A DNA stretch of 64,000 nt from Nitrospinales bacterium (GCA_965223345.1 CBDCWG010000012.1:2944001-3008000), one strand, 5' to 3'. Shown: positions 21,620 to 33,508, counted from the stretch's first letter. The notes: generated by a model not told the origin, from the sequence alone. Translations and numbers: made by a program.

Positions 21620-22198
21620 ATGAGCTACTCCCTGTTCAACTATCTGCATGTTCTGGGGGCCATCCTGATCGGGGCGGGCCTGATCGGCGTCTGGCTGTGC
21701 GACCTCCGGTCGCGCCAGAGCCGGGACCTGAAACTGTTTGCGGAATCGGTCCGCAACATCGCGGTGTTCTACGATGGGGTGGTGGTGCCCGGCGCCATCC
21801 TGCTGCTGATTTCCGGAACCTGGATGGTGGTGGATCTGTTTCCCGGCTGGTCGTTTCTGCAGAGCCCCTGGCTGGCGGGCATGATCCTGTTATTCCTGCT
21901 GGAGTTCATCGAAGGCAACACCATCACGAGGCTGTATTTCATGCGCCTCAGAAAAATGACCCAGGAAGCGTTGAAAACCGGCGAAATCTCTCCCGAGCTG
22001 GAAGAAGAACGCGGGAAAACTCTGCCCTCCTTCACCCATTACCTGGATTTGCCCATGCTGTTTCTCATCGTGGCTTTAGGTTCCCTCAAGCCGGGCACGT
22101 GGACGCTGTTTTTTGCCGGCTCGGTTCTTGCAGTCGCTCTCGCCACCGCATTGACGATTTTCATTCCCAGGCTGTACCCCTGGGGTGTGGATAGATAA
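21620..22198 (+). CDS. DUF2269-like integral membrane protein
   Basis: YLHVLGAILIG, PGAILLLISG, WL, C-terminal KP; RBS GAGGTG. Confidence 0.7.
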   Translation: MSYSLFNYLHVLGAILIGAGLIGVWLCDLRSRQSRDLKLFAESVRNIAVFYDGVVVPGAILLLISGTWMVVDLFPGWSFLQSPWLAGMILLFLLEFIEGNTITRLYFMRLRKMTQEALKTGEISPELEEERGKTLPSFTHYLDLPMLFLIVALGSLKPGTWTLFFAGSVLAVALATALTIFIPRLYPWGVDR

Positions 22199-22263
22199 CC
22201 TCCGACCACTCCCGTTAAATCCAGCGGATTATCGGGTCTCCAATCCAGTTCCACCGCCAGAAA

Positions 22264-22272
22264 TGGTATAAT
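22264..22272 (+). promoter_or_regulatory. Extended -10 element (TGgTATAAT) upstream of sqr
   Basis: Exact TGnTATAAT about 40 bp before ATG 22311. Confidence 0.55.
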
Positions 22273-22310
22273 GGATTTTCTACAAGAGACCCCATCGATT
22301 GAGTATCCGC

Positions 22311-23513
22311 ATGGACAGGTCACAATCGGAATCTCATTTCGAGTTTTTGATTCTCGGCGGCGGCACCGCCGGCATCACCGTCGCCAGCCGCATTATCGAT
22401 AAGCTGCGCTCCACCCGCATCGCCATCATCGAACCTTCTCAATATCATTACTATCAGCCTCTCTGGACACTGGTCGGCGGCGGTGTGGTGAACAAAAAAT
22501 CCACGATGCGCAAAGAAGCGCGCGTCATTCCGAAGGGCGCAAAATGGATTCGCGATTTTGCCGATACGATCGACCCGCAGGCAAATGCGGTGTCCACACG
22601 CAATGGCGGCACATTCACCTACGATTATCTGGTGGTCGCTCCCGGCATACAGATCGATTGGGATAAAGTCCGCGGCCTGCCCGAGTCCATCGGAAAAAAC
22701 GGCGTGTGCAGCAATTTTTCGTATCAGTATACCGAGTCCACCTGGGAAGCCATTCGATCCTGCAAACAAGGCAACGCAATTTTCACGTTTCCCAACACGG
22801 AAACCAAATGCGGCGGCGCCCCCCAAAAAATCATGTGGCTTGCGGATCATCACTTCAGAAAAACGGGGGTTCGGAGCAACATAGACGTGAGGTTCGTTTC
22901 TCCCAAACCGCGTATTTTCGGCGTGGAACCCTACACCACCGCTCTGGAAAAACTGATCCAAGAACGAAACATCCTGACCCATTTCCGCAACCACCTCACC
23001 GAAATCCGCCCCGACACCAAAGAAGCGGTGCTTGAAAACCTCGACGACGGTTCTGAAACCATCCTTCCCTACGAGATGATTCACGTCACTCCGCCGCAGA
23101 GCGCTCCCGATTTCATCAAAAAAAGTCCCCTGGCGGATGAAGAGGGTTGGGTGGATGTCGATCCCCACACCCTTCAGCACAAAACGTACCCCAACGTGTT
23201 TGGCCTCGGCGATGCCTGCAACGCCCCCACAGCGAAAACCGGGGCTGCGGTTCGCAAACAGGCGCCGGTTGTCGTGGAAAATCTTCTGGCCTGTCGGGCC
23301 AAATCAAGTCTGACGGCCCGCTATGACGGTTACTCTTCCTGCCCGTTGATAACCGGTTACGGCCGGCTCATCCTCGCTGAATTCGATTATGACGGGAATC
23401 CCAAGGAAACCTTCCCCTTCGATCAAAGCAAGGAAAGATGGAGCATGTATCTGCTCAAAAGATACGCCTTGCCGATTCTATACTGGTACGGGATGCTGAA
23501 AGGAAGGGCGTGA
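22311..23513 (+). CDS. sqr: Sulfide:quinone oxidoreductase (type II-like)
   Basis: GGGTAG FAD motif, HYYQPLWTLVGGG, KCGGAPQK, YDGYSSCP, LAEFDY, ETFPFDQ. Confidence 0.9.
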   Translation: MDRSQSESHFEFLILGGGTAGITVASRIIDKLRSTRIAIIEPSQYHYYQPLWTLVGGGVVNKKSTMRKEARVIPKGAKWIRDFADTIDPQANAVSTRNGGTFTYDYLVVAPGIQIDWDKVRGLPESIGKNGVCSNFSYQYTESTWEAIRSCKQGNAIFTFPNTETKCGGAPQKIMWLADHHFRKTGVRSNIDVRFVSPKPRIFGVEPYTTALEKLIQERNILTHFRNHLTEIRPDTKEAVLENLDDGSETILPYEMIHVTPPQSAPDFIKKSPLADEEGWVDVDPHTLQHKTYPNVFGLGDACNAPTAKTGAAVRKQAPVVVENLLACRAKSSLTARYDGYSSCPLITGYGRLILAEFDYDGNPKETFPFDQSKERWSMYLLKRYALPILYWYGMLKGRA

Positions 23514-23754
23514 TGGAAAGCGGGTCCAAGTAAAATACGACCTCACGCCTGCTTGACGCCAATCGACCCGGTTCCCGAAATCCCCGGCTTTCCAATGCCT
23601 ATATTGGCGCAAATGAGCACAAAATGGCGAAATCGGCAGCAAATGTTGCCCAGATCACCCGGGATTGTGATGCGCGCCCTCTTCCCTCTGCAAATTTAAA
23701 CTAAGCTGGAAGTACGCGCTTTGAAGTCATTACAAACCGCAGAGGGAAGCCGCC

Positions 23755-24423
23755 ATGATGCCCCATAAAGCGAATCTTTTTCTTGCCGTGCTAACGGCCG
23801 TGTTTCTCACAACCGCCTCCGCAATGGCCGACGACAGCGGCTGGTACACGGGATTCAACCTCGGGCTGAACTTCCAGGAAGACCAGCAGAGCCTGGGCCC
23901 CAGCCGGGCCGTCGATCTGGATTTCGACGCGGGTCTTCTGATCTCCGGTCAAGTCGGCTACAAATTCCCCGGCAGCAACTTCGGGCGTTTCCGCGCCGAA
24001 GCCGAACTGTCCCACCGTGAAAACGATGTCGATGAAATCGTGTTCAACGGCGCCGAGCAAAACGGTAGGGGGGAAGAGGAAGTGCTGGCGGGCCTGATGA
24101 ATCTGTACTACGATCTGAACGGCCTGTCCGACCGCATCAAACCGTTTGTCGGTGTGGGCATCGGCTTCGCCAATATCGATGCGGAAGTCAGCTACGCCTC
24201 GGCGTTCATCGATGACGACGACACCACCTTCGCCTACCAGTTCATTTTCGGCGCGGAATACCTGCTGTCCAGCCGGATCTCTGTGGTTGGCGACGCGCGC
24301 TTTTTCGCTCTCGACGACCCGGAGCTGACGCGCTTTGGTGGACCGGCCCCGGTGGACTTTGTCGATCTGAATTCCGAATACGACAGCTTTTCGGCGTCCA
24401 TCGGACTGCGTTACAATTTCTAG
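23755..24423 (+). CDS. Outer-membrane 8-stranded beta-barrel (porin/OmpA-TM family)
   Basis: Signal peptide, FRAEAE, MNLYYD, PFVGVGIG, FAYQ, C-terminal GLRYNF BAM signal. Confidence 0.85.
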   Translation: MMPHKANLFLAVLTAVFLTTASAMADDSGWYTGFNLGLNFQEDQQSLGPSRAVDLDFDAGLLISGQVGYKFPGSNFGRFRAEAELSHRENDVDEIVFNGAEQNGRGEEEVLAGLMNLYYDLNGLSDRIKPFVGVGIGFANIDAEVSYASAFIDDDDTTFAYQFIFGAEYLLSSRISVVGDARFFALDDPELTRFGGPAPVDFVDLNSEYDSFSASIGLRYNF

Positions 24424-24590
24424 CCGGCTTTTGCCAGAATCCCCGCTCCGGCAAATCCTTCCCGTATCCCGGCATTTGCCCGGGAACTCCGTCATATCCC
24501 TGTTTTAAGGACGAATCAGCCGCTTGATTTTGCGGGGACTTCCTGTAAACTATCCCGGATAATTCCAACCGATCCAGGAAAGAGCCCTTT

Positions 24591-24869
24591 GTGATCATTA
24601 AAAAGAACGACCAGTTTGCGGTGGAATGCCAGACCAAACAGTCGAAATACTGCCTGCAGAACGGCGAGTACTGCGACAGCGAGGAAGAGGCGCAGGAATG
24701 GGTCGAGGACGAATGCTGGATCTTTTCCGGCGAAGGCTGGATCTGCCTCAAATGCAATGAGTTCTTCATGAGCAACATCGCCAAGATACGCCACCGAAAA
24801 GGGCAGGAAGGAAAAGAACAAAGCAGACCGGACGACGACCTGGAATCCGGTATCGAGACGGTCAGATAG
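24591..24869 (+). CDS. Small Cys-rich hypothetical protein
   Basis: Six Cys including WICLKC; AGGA RBS, GTG start. Confidence 0.6.
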   Translation: MIIKKNDQFAVECQTKQSKYCLQNGEYCDSEEEAQEWVEDECWIFSGEGWICLKCNEFFMSNIAKIRHRKGQEGKEQSRPDDDLESGIETVR

Positions 24870-25071
24870 ACGTAATCCGGTTTGTCCGCGCAGGCCCAAC
24901 GCTTGCCCCCTACCCCCTCACCCTCTTTCCGACACAAGCCCAAGAACGGCTCCACTCCCATTTGCAGTCTCAATCGGCGGATATTTAGCATACCTCTGCT
25001 TTATTTTGTATACTTGCCCGGCACCAGCAGTTTGATCCGCATTTTTGAATTTAAAATTGAGAGGAAATGCC

Positions 25072-25239
25072 ATGCCTGAGCGTGACGGTGAAAGTAGGGA
25101 AATCGACTTCAAGGAAGTGATCATCTCCCTGATGTTCCAGATGGAAGTGATGTTGAATTGCATGATCGAAAAGGGATTGATCACGCGGGAGGAATTCGCG
25201 CGCAGCGTGGATGAGTTGAAGCAAAAGCGCAAATCCTGA
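25072..25239 (+). CDS. Small hypothetical protein
   Basis: GAGGA RBS; MIEKGLITREEF motif. Confidence 0.6.
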   Translation: MPERDGESREIDFKEVIISLMFQMEVMLNCMIEKGLITREEFARSVDELKQKRKS

Positions 25240-25260
25240 TTTCCCGACAGCCGGGTTGGC

Positions 25261-25291
25261 AAAAAAAACCGGGTCTTGAAAGACCCGGTTT
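25261..25291. terminator. Bidirectional terminator
   Basis: A8-CCGGGTCT-TGAA-AGACCCGG-TTT. Confidence 0.75.
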
Positions 25292-25347
25292 CCTGGTTGC
25301 CATCCAGCGAGCGGTGGACCCGCTCTGCTGCAATTGGAAGTTTCAAT

Positions 25348-25953
25348 TCAAAACGTGTTCTCGACGATCACCTCTTTCAGCGGCAACTGACCCGGCTTGG
25401 GCCAGGGATCCTTCGTGCCCTTCCCCACCGCCACCATCGCCCCCATCACGTGGTCCTCGGGCAGCTTGATCAACTCGGCGACTTTTTCGATGTCGTAACC
25501 GATCATCGGGCAGGAGTCGTATCCCATCGCCTTGGCCGCCAGCATGATCGTCTGCATGGCCATGCCGATCGAGCGTTGCGCTTCATCACGCTGCAACCAT
25601 TCCCGCCCTTCGTGAAACGGCCCCATCCAGTTGACCAGCAGTTCCGCCACTTCCTTGGGCGCGTTCTGCCAGTAACGCTGCGGGTTTTTCTGCCAGGCTT
25701 TCATGTCCGCCGTCATGATGATGAGCAGCGACGCGTCGGTCATCTGCGCCTGATCGTTGCCGAATTCGGTGCGGATCTTCTTGCGCAGGCCGGGGTCTTT
25801 CACCAGCACGAAACGCCAGTGCTGAATGTTGAAACTGGTGGGCGCCTGAATCGCGGCTTCCAGCAGTCTGGTCTCTTCCTCGGGGGTCAACCGGTGCTGA
25901 TCGTCGTATTGCTTGACGGCCCGCCGCTGGTAAATGGCGTCGAAGGTATCCAT
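25348..25953 (-). CDS. Nitroreductase family protein
   Basis: RRAVKQY, APTSFNIQHWRF, MLAAKAMGYDSCPMIG. Confidence 0.92.
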   Translation of the reverse strand: MDTFDAIYQRRAVKQYDDQHRLTPEEETRLLEAAIQAPTSFNIQHWRFVLVKDPGLRKKIRTEFGNDQAQMTDASLLIIMTADMKAWQKNPQRYWQNAPKEVAELLVNWMGPFHEGREWLQRDEAQRSIGMAMQTIMLAAKAMGYDSCPMIGYDIEKVAELIKLPEDHVMGAMVAVGKGTKDPWPKPGQLPLKEVIVENTF

Positions 25954-26004
25954 ACACAATCTCCTCGCAGTAAAATGAACGGGTGCTGAACGCCCGCTTG
26001 CACA

Positions 26005-29000
26005 TCAGCTTTCTTCGGGAATTTCCGCTTCGATTTCAGCCGGTTGTAGTTTTGTTTTTTCCCGCAGCGATTGAACGATCACATAAAAGGCGGGTACCAG
26101 GAGCGTGCCGATGACGGCGGAGCCCACCATGCCGCCGAAGATCACGGTGCCGAGGGACCGGCGGCTCACCGCCCCGGCTCCCGATGCCAGCACCAGCGGC
26201 AGCACGCCCAGGATGAACGAGATCGCCGTCATCATGACCGCACGGAAGCGCAGCTGCGCCGCCAGGGTGGAGGCTTCCAGAATGGACCGGCCCGCCTCGC
26301 GCTGCACCTTGGCGAACTCGACGATGAGGATGGCGTTCTTGGAGGCCATGCCCACCAGCATGATGAGGCCGATCTGGGCGTAGATATTCAAGATGTGTCC
26401 GGCGCCCAGCATGACCATCAGTGCGCTCGCCAAAGCCACGGGAATGGACAGGAGCACGCCAAGAGGGATCGACCAGCTTTCGTACTGCGCCACCAGGAAG
26501 AGGTAGACAAATATCAATGCCAGTAAAAAGAGAATGGGCAGTTGCGCGCCCGCCTTGATCTCCTGATAAGACATGCTCGACCATTCAAACCCCATCCCAT
26601 CGGGAAGCACCTTTTCGGCCAGCCTTTCCATCGCCTGAATGGCCTGCCCGGAACTGAATCCCGGCGCCGCGCTGCCATTGATCTGCGCCGCCCGGTACAT
26701 ATTGAAACGGGTCAACGTTTCCGGGCCCAGCATGGACGTGGTTTTCGTCAAGGTCCTGAGCGGCACCATCACCCCTTCCGCGCTCCGCACATAGATGCGG
26801 CCGATGTCGTCGGGGTTGTCGCGGTAGTCGGTTTCCGCCTGCAGGATCACCCGGTAGACACGGCCGAATTTGTTGAAGTCGTTCACATAGAGCGATCCCA
26901 ACTGGGTCTGCAAGGCCGAGAAGATCTCGTTGACCGGAATGCCGAGCGCCTTGGCCTGCAGGCGGTCCACTTCCAGTTTGATCTGCGGGATGTCGGCACT
27001 GAACGTGCTGAAGACATTGCGCAAATCCGGGTCCTGGTTGGCCTCGAACACGAATCCGCGCATCGCGGCGGAAAGGTCCTGCGGATCCCCTCCCCTCCTG
27101 TCCTGCAGTTGAAACTCGAACCCGCCTGTGTTGCCCAGGCCGCGAATCGGCGGCGGTGTGAACGCCATCATATTCGCCCCTGGAATCTGAGCCGCCATGC
27201 CCCATATGCGCCCGACGAGCGCATCGCTCGACAGTTCGGGAGTCGTGCGCTGCTCCCACGGATCGAGGATGGCGAACACCGAACCGGAATTCGATTTGAT
27301 GCCGCTGATCATTCCAAACCCCGTGAGCGAAACCACATTTTCAATGCCCGGAAGACTGCTGATCATTTCTTCCACTTGTTTGATCAACACGTTGGTCCGG
27401 TTCAAAGAAGCGCCGTCGGGAAGCTGGATGTCCACAAAAATGACACCCTGATCTTCCTTGGGGATGAATCCCGTCGGAGCCACCTTATTCATCCATAAAG
27501 CGCCGGCCACGATCACGGCCAGGATCAACGTGACGAACACGAGCCGCCGCACGAGAATCTTCACGCAAAACAGATAGCCGCGGGAAATGCGCGCAAACAC
27601 GGTCTCAAACCAGCGCAGGGCAAACCAGGGACGCGGCGGATCTTTGCGCAGCACCGTGGCGCACAAGGCCGGACTGAGCGTCAACGCGTTGAGTGAGGAC
27701 AGCGACACGGCGATCGCGATGGTCACGGAAAACTGCCGGTACAGCTGGCCGGAAATCCCGGTCATGAACGTGATGGGAACAAAAACAGCCAGCAGGACCA
27801 GGGTTGTGGCGATGATGGGGCCGAACACCTCGCCCATCGCTATGCGCGTCGCTTCCTTGGGAGGCAGCCCCTCATTCATGTGACGCTGCACGTTTTCCAC
27901 CACGACGATGGCGTCGTCCACCACGATGCCGATGGCCAGAACCAGCGCGAAAAGACTCAGGGTGTTGATGCTGTAGCCCAGCGCCAGCAACAGAGCGAAC
28001 GTGCCTATCAAAGAAACGGGGATGGCCAAAGCGGGGATCAGGGTGGCACGCCAGTCCTGAATGAAAACGTAAACCACCAGAATGACCAGCGTCAGAGCGA
28101 CGAACAGGGTCTGCACCAGTTCTGCCAGCGACCGATCGATGAAACGGGTGGAGTCGTAGGGCATTTTATAGGCAACGTCTTCCGGGAACTCCCGCGAAAG
28201 CCGCAGTAAAGTTGCTTTGACTCCATCAGCGACTTCCAGGGCATTGGCTTCGGGAAGCTGGTAAACGGCAAAATTGACGGTTGGGGAACCGTTCAAGCGC
28301 GAAAATACATTGAATGTCTGGGAGCCGAGTTCCACGCGGGCGATATCGCTCATGCGGACAACGGCCCCGTCGGTTTGCGCCCGGATGATGATGTCTTTGA
28401 ACTCGGACGCGTCGGAAAGCCGTCCTTTCGCCTGAATGGTGTACTGGAACTGCTGGTCAGAATCCAGGGGAGGCTGCCCCACCTGCCCGGCGGCGGCCTG
28501 CAGGTTCTGATCGCGGATCGAGGAAACCACGTCTTCGGTGGTGATCCCCAGATTGTTCATTTTATCGGGATCGAGCCAGATGCGGATCGAGTAATCCTGC
28601 GCCCCGAATATCTCCACTTTACTGACGCCGGGAACCCGCGCCAGCACGTCCTTCACATTCAGGCTGACGTAGTTGCTGAGAAAAAGCTGATCGTAGGTTC
28701 CACCGGGGGAGGAAAAAGACACGATCACTAGAAATTCACTGGACTGCTTCTGAACGGAGATTCCGGAACGGGTGACGTCCGCCGGCAGTTTCGGTGTGGC
28801 AAGAGACAACCGGTTCTGCACGTTCACCGTCGCCATGTCGGGATCGGTGCCGATATCAAAAGTGATGTCCAGGGTGTAGGTGCCGTTGTTGGTGCTTTGC
28901 GAGGACATGTAGATCATGTTCTCGACGCCGTTGACCTCGGCTTCGATGGGCGCCGCCACGGTTTCCTCGACGACCTTGGCGTTGGCCCCGGAGTAGTTGG

Positions 29001-29142
29001 CGGTGACCTGCACCTGCGGTGGCGTGATCTGCGGGTACAGGGAAACGGGAAGCAGGGGAATGGAAATCAGACCCGCGATCACGATGACGATGGAGACGAC
29101 AAAAGCGAAGCGGGGGCGTTCGATGAAGAAATTACTGAACAT
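26005..29142 (-). CDS. RND efflux permease (HAE1/AcrB family)
   Basis: [37 protein letters not shown]. Confidence 0.97.
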   Translation of the reverse strand: MFSNFFIERPRFAFVVSIVIVIAGLISIPLLPVSLYPQITPPQVQVTANYSGANAKVVEETVAAPIEAEVNGVENMIYMSSQSTNNGTYTLDITFDIGTDPDMATVNVQNRLSLATPKLPADVTRSGISVQKQSSEFLVIVSFSSPGGTYDQLFLSNYVSLNVKDVLARVPGVSKVEIFGAQDYSIRIWLDPDKMNNLGITTEDVVSSIRDQNLQAAAGQVGQPPLDSDQQFQYTIQAKGRLSDASEFKDIIIRAQTDGAVVRMSDIARVELGSQTFNVFSRLNGSPTVNFAVYQLPEANALEVADGVKATLLRLSREFPEDVAYKMPYDSTRFIDRSLAELVQTLFVALTLVILVVYVFIQDWRATLIPALAIPVSLIGTFALLLALGYSINTLSLFALVLAIGIVVDDAIVVVENVQRHMNEGLPPKEATRIAMGEVFGPIIATTLVLLAVFVPITFMTGISGQLYRQFSVTIAIAVSLSSLNALTLSPALCATVLRKDPPRPWFALRWFETVFARISRGYLFCVKILVRRLVFVTLILAVIVAGALWMNKVAPTGFIPKEDQGVIFVDIQLPDGASLNRTNVLIKQVEEMISSLPGIENVVSLTGFGMISGIKSNSGSVFAILDPWEQRTTPELSSDALVGRIWGMAAQIPGANMMAFTPPPIRGLGNTGGFEFQLQDRRGGDPQDLSAAMRGFVFEANQDPDLRNVFSTFSADIPQIKLEVDRLQAKALGIPVNEIFSALQTQLGSLYVNDFNKFGRVYRVILQAETDYRDNPDDIGRIYVRSAEGVMVPLRTLTKTTSMLGPETLTRFNMYRAAQINGSAAPGFSSGQAIQAMERLAEKVLPDGMGFEWSSMSYQEIKAGAQLPILFLLALIFVYLFLVAQYESWSIPLGVLLSIPVALASALMVMLGAGHILNIYAQIGLIMLVGMASKNAILIVEFAKVQREAGRSILEASTLAAQLRFRAVMMTAISFILGVLPLVLASGAGAVSRRSLGTVIFGGMVGSAVIGTLLVPAFYVIVQSLREKTKLQPAEIEAEIPEES

Positions 29143-29146
29143 GGTG

Positions 29147-30358
29147 TCAGCTCTTGACCGGTGTGGTGGGAGGCGGCGAAGAAGCCTGCACCACCATGCC
29201 GGGCCGCACTTTCTGGCCCCCTTCGGTGATCACCCGCTCGCCGGTCTCCAGCCCCTCCTTGATGATCCAGTCGACGCCGTTTTTATCACCGACCACCACC
29301 GCACGTTTTTGCGCTTTGTTGTCGGTATCGACGACGAGCACGTATTTCCCGCTCTGGTCTTCCTGGATCGCGGCCTGCGGAATCAGTTTCTGAGAAGAAA
29401 CGTCGCCCCGCCGCACCAGCACTTTCACGAACTGTCCCGGCATCAGCAATCGCCGTGTGTGCGGCAGGTCGGCTTCTCCCGGTAAAACATTGGTGCCGGG
29501 ATTTTGAAAAACCGCACGTATGGTGATGGTTCCGGTTTTTTCATCGACGGTGTGACTGATAAAGTCCTGGGTCCCCTCAAAGGGATACATCGTGCCGTTG
29601 GGAAGCTCGATCTTGGGGATGAAGGTCGTGGCTTTTCCCTTTTTGATCTGGCTTTGAAATTCCGTCAAAACATCCGCATCGTTCACAGTGAACAACACGT
29701 AGACAGGGTCCATCTGCACGATGGTGGCGAGGGTTCCCGAATCCGGCCCCACCAGATTGCCGACGTTCACCGACACGCGGCCGATGCGCCCGTCGATGGG
29801 GGAACGGATCTCCGTGTAGCTGAGGTTCAATTTGGCCCGCTCCAGATTGGCCTGGGCGTTCTTCACGCCCGCCAGGGCGCGCTGGTGGTCGCTTTTCGCC
29901 TTGTCGAGATCGGATTGCGACACGCCTCCCTTGCGTACGCCTTTCAGGCGCTTCAGATAGGATTGCGCGTTGTCCAGCGTGGCCTGGGCATCGGAGAGGT
30001 TGGCTTCCGCCGCCTTGACCTCGATTTGATACTGGGCCTGTTCGATGATGAACAAAATATCGCCTTTTTCTACGTGTTCCCCTTCCTTGAAGTTTCGTTT
30101 TTCCAGATACCCCTGCACGCGCGCCACCAGATTCACGGTTTTCAAAGCGGCGGTCCGCCCCACCAGTTCGTAGGTGGTGGTGACTTCCTTTTCGACGACC
30201 GGAGTAACCCGCACCGCCGGGGGCGGCCGTTTTTGGGACATCGCCGCACCGCTTTTTTCGTTCTGGCAACCCCAAAGCAACACCAGGACGGCAAGCAGCC
30301 ACAGGTAGTGAATGAGCCGCGGCCGTTGCGATCGAAAGGCTTTCAAATCGGCTTTCAT
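29147..30358 (-). CDS. RND membrane-fusion protein
   Basis: Lipobox [38 protein letters not shown]. Confidence 0.95.
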   Translation of the reverse strand: MKADLKAFRSQRPRLIHYLWLLAVLVLLWGCQNEKSGAAMSQKRPPPAVRVTPVVEKEVTTTYELVGRTAALKTVNLVARVQGYLEKRNFKEGEHVEKGDILFIIEQAQYQIEVKAAEANLSDAQATLDNAQSYLKRLKGVRKGGVSQSDLDKAKSDHQRALAGVKNAQANLERAKLNLSYTEIRSPIDGRIGRVSVNVGNLVGPDSGTLATIVQMDPVYVLFTVNDADVLTEFQSQIKKGKATTFIPKIELPNGTMYPFEGTQDFISHTVDEKTGTITIRAVFQNPGTNVLPGEADLPHTRRLLMPGQFVKVLVRRGDVSSQKLIPQAAIQEDQSGKYVLVVDTDNKAQKRAVVVGDKNGVDWIIKEGLETGERVITEGGQKVRPGMVVQASSPPPTTPVKS

Positions 30359-31935
30359 GATTTCGGCATTTTCTTTTCCGCGCTCTCGACACCACCCATG
30401 AGCGGGTCCCAGCCGCCACCCAGAGCTTTGTAAAGCCGGATCAGGTTCGAGGTGACGACGCCTTCACTGACCGCAAGCTGGTCCTGGAAACTGAACAGCG
30501 AACGTTCCGCTTCCAGCACGCTGATGAAATCGGACAACCCCGCTGTGTACAGATCCCGCGCCAGATCGGCCGCCCGTTCCGCCGCCTGGGTGGAATTGAG
30601 CAGCGACCGGCGTCGGACCTGCTCGTCCGCATAGGCGATCAGCGCGTCCTCCACGTCTTTCACGGCGGTCAGGATCGCCGCTTCGTACTGGATCAACGCC
30701 TGCTCCTGAATGGCGTCCTCCACCTTGATGTTCTGGCGGATGCGCCCAGCATCGAACACGTTCCAGGTGATCTGCGGGCCGATCTGAAACACCGCCGCCG
30801 GTCCGGTGAACAGGCTGCCGGCGGACAGGGATTCCAGCCCCACCGACCCGAACAGGGTCAGCTTGGGATACAGGTCGGCTGTGGCCACACCGATGCGTGC
30901 GGTCTGCGCCGCCAGTTCCCGTTCCGCGCTGCGGATGTCGGGCCGGCGCCGCATCAGATCCGCCGGGACGCCGACGGCCACCTCGACGGGAGTGACGGGG
31001 ATCGGATCGAATTCGTCCAGTTCGGCGCTCAACGTGCCGGGGAACTGCCCCAGCAACACGGCGAGGTTGTTTTTCGCCTGCTCGATGCCCGTTTTCAGAG
31101 TCGGGATCTCCGACTTGGTGCTCTCCAGGTTGTATTTGGCCTGCTCAACCGTCAACGCGGTGGTCAACCCGGCATTCAGCCGGTCCTGCACGATCTGGTA
31201 GGTGTCTTCCTGGGCTTTGCGGTTCTTTTCGGCGGCGGCGAGGCGTGCCTGAAAGGAGCGCAGCTCGACGTAGTTCAACGCCACTTCCGCCACCAGGGTG
31301 ATCAGCGTGTCGTTCAACTGCTCCTGGCGCGACTGCACCGAAGCCACCGCCGATTCGACCGCCCGGCGCTTGCCACCGAAGATGTCCACTTCCCAGCTGG
31401 CGTCGAACCCGGTCGCGTAGAGATCGCTCTCGCCTCCCGTGCCGGTTTCCTCGCTGGTACCGATTTTGGTCACCGAAGCGCTGGTATCGACGGTCGGGAA
31501 TCGATCCGCCTGAGCGATGCCGCGGCGCGCCCGTTCTTCTTTCACGCGCGCCTGCGCGAGTTTCAGGTCGAGGTTTCCCTGCACCGCCTTTTCGATCAAC
31601 TTGGTGAGCAGCGGGTCTTCCAGGGTCTCCCACCAATACGGCAGCATTTCCGGAGGGACCTGCTTGGCAGGCAGGATGGGTTCCCCGTCCTTGGTTTCGG
31701 GCTTGGCCTCTGCGGGCGTTTTTTCGGGAGAGCTCTTTGCGGCGGCTTTGAAATCTTTAGGAACCTGCGTGTCGGGCGGCACGTAATCCGGCCCCACGGC
31801 GGCGCAGGCGGAAAGAAACAGCAACAGGCAGCCGGTAGCAGCTGAAATACGAATCGCGCAACCCAATCGAAGGACCGTCATGGTTTTCCAAGTAAATTCC
31901 GGGATTTTTTCAAATTTTACTTCAGCGGCTCTCAT
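30355..31935 (-). CDS. RND outer-membrane factor lipoprotein (NodT/OprM family)
   Basis: LSAC lipobox, WWETLEDP, RRPDIRSAE, LYKALGGGW. Confidence 0.95.
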   Translation of the reverse strand: MRAAEVKFEKIPEFTWKTMTVLRLGCAIRISAATGCLLLFLSACAAVGPDYVPPDTQVPKDFKAAAKSSPEKTPAEAKPETKDGEPILPAKQVPPEMLPYWWETLEDPLLTKLIEKAVQGNLDLKLAQARVKEERARRGIAQADRFPTVDTSASVTKIGTSEETGTGGESDLYATGFDASWEVDIFGGKRRAVESAVASVQSRQEQLNDTLITLVAEVALNYVELRSFQARLAAAEKNRKAQEDTYQIVQDRLNAGLTTALTVEQAKYNLESTKSEIPTLKTGIEQAKNNLAVLLGQFPGTLSAELDEFDPIPVTPVEVAVGVPADLMRRRPDIRSAERELAAQTARIGVATADLYPKLTLFGSVGLESLSAGSLFTGPAAVFQIGPQITWNVFDAGRIRQNIKVEDAIQEQALIQYEAAILTAVKDVEDALIAYADEQVRRRSLLNSTQAAERAADLARDLYTAGLSDFISVLEAERSLFSFQDQLAVSEGVVTSNLIRLYKALGGGWDPLMGGVESAEKKMPKS

Positions 31936-32467
31936 TGTTCAACCCTGTCAAAAATCAAAGAAATATCGGAATTCAGGTGGAAGCATACGGCACACGATCA
32001 CAGGCTCTTCAATGCGGCGTGTTCTTATTTCACTTTTCCACGAAAACCTCGCGCTCCCGGGTTCGCCTTTCTGCACCCCCTCGACGCTTCCCGGGACTTT
32101 GTCTTCCTTGAGCGATTTTGCCATGGGACGGCAGGATGTGAGAACCGGCACGAAGGAAAGAACTCAGGTTCCCTTGTGCGAATTTCGTTGAATTCCCCTG
32201 AATATGGAGGAGCGGAATGAGGAGAAATGCGGCGTATCCCCACAAGCCACTGTACCTGGAAAGCTTTTTCCTGTGCGGGTGCCGCCGATTCCGGTAAACT
32301 TTATAAGTAAAATCCGGATCGAATCCGCTTGCAAGCGGCTCCTGGTGAGGATCGCTCACTTTTGATGGCGGGAATGTGATCCATCTGTGAGGAATATTTT
32401 CGCGCGATCCGGATCTGAACATCCGGAAATAAGGAATTTTTTACCCACAATTCTAAACGAAACATTC

Positions 32468-32947
32468 ATGAACGCACGCAGCCGATTTTTTTTATACTCC
32501 ACCGTTGTCCTGATTTCGTTGCTGGCGCAGCTTCCTGCCCAAACCCTGGCGGGCGACTGCCCGCAAGACAGAAAGACGGCGCCCGCCCACCTGAGTGTCT
32601 ATTTTCAGACCAACCCGCTTGAAAGCACGGCGGAGAACCTTTTAGCGGGCCGGAAACTGTACCGGGGCGGGGCCAAGCCCTTCGGCTGCGTGCATTGCCA
32701 CGGGCTTTTGGGCAACGGCAATGGAATCACGGCGAAGACCGCAACGATCAAACCGCGGGATTTCACCTGCCGGAAAACGATGGAAGCCATTCCGGACGGG
32801 CAATTGTTCTGGGTGATCAAATACGGATCGGAAGGAACCGACATGGTCGGCTACGATCATCTTTCGGACACACAGATCTGGCAGCTGGTGGCGTACCTGC
32901 GGCAGTTTTCATTGCCGCAGCATCAAAGGGTGAACCTGGCACGCTGA
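32468..32947 (+). CDS. Periplasmic monoheme cytochrome c
   Basis: Signal peptide, CVHCH, PRDF, DGQLFWVIKYG, distal Met in GTDM. Confidence 0.9.
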   Translation: MNARSRFFLYSTVVLISLLAQLPAQTLAGDCPQDRKTAPAHLSVYFQTNPLESTAENLLAGRKLYRGGAKPFGCVHCHGLLGNGNGITAKTATIKPRDFTCRKTMEAIPDGQLFWVIKYGSEGTDMVGYDHLSDTQIWQLVAYLRQFSLPQHQRVNLAR

Positions 32948-33004
32948 CAATCCAAGCAGCTGCCCTGCCAGACACCCGCCCTTTTTGCACTGACCGGGAC
33001 CGGT

Positions 33005-33508
33005 TCAATGTTCACGAAAGATCTTCGATTCGATGACCGCTTGCGTCAAACCTCCGCCCACCACTTCATCGCGAACGATTCCCTGCGGCGTGATGAAATA
33101 GGTGACCGGCAATTTGATGACTTTGTATTCTTCCGCGACCGTACCGAACGTATCCAGCAATACGGGAAAATCCAGCTTGTATTCCTCCACGAATTCCTGA
33201 ACTTTTGTTTCCCGTTCGCCAAAATTGACCGCCAGGATTTTAATGCCTTTGTCCTTCAGGGATCGGTGTGCCTTCTGCAATTCCGGCATTTCCTTGATAC
33301 AGGGAACGCACCAGGTCGCCCAGAAATTGAGGACGACGGTGCTTCCCTTAAGATCAGACAATTTGACTGCGGCCCCCTGCAGGTTTCGCAATTCAAAAGA
33401 TGGAGCCGGCCCACCGACGAACGGTGGGCCTTGCGCCATTCCAATCAGGAAATAACTCAGAAAAGCGATCCCGGCACAGCGTGACAGCCGGATTGCTTTA
33501 AAAACCAT
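33005..33508 (-). CDS. TlpA/ResA-like thiol-disulfide oxidoreductase
   Basis: APSFEL, NFWATWCVPC..EMP, LPVTYFI. Confidence 0.92.
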   Translation of the reverse strand: MVFKAIRLSRCAGIAFLSYFLIGMAQGPPFVGGPAPSFELRNLQGAAVKLSDLKGSTVVLNFWATWCVPCIKEMPELQKAHRSLKDKGIKILAVNFGERETKVQEFVEEYKLDFPVLLDTFGTVAEEYKVIKLPVTYFITPQGIVRDEVVGGGLTQAVIESKIFREH

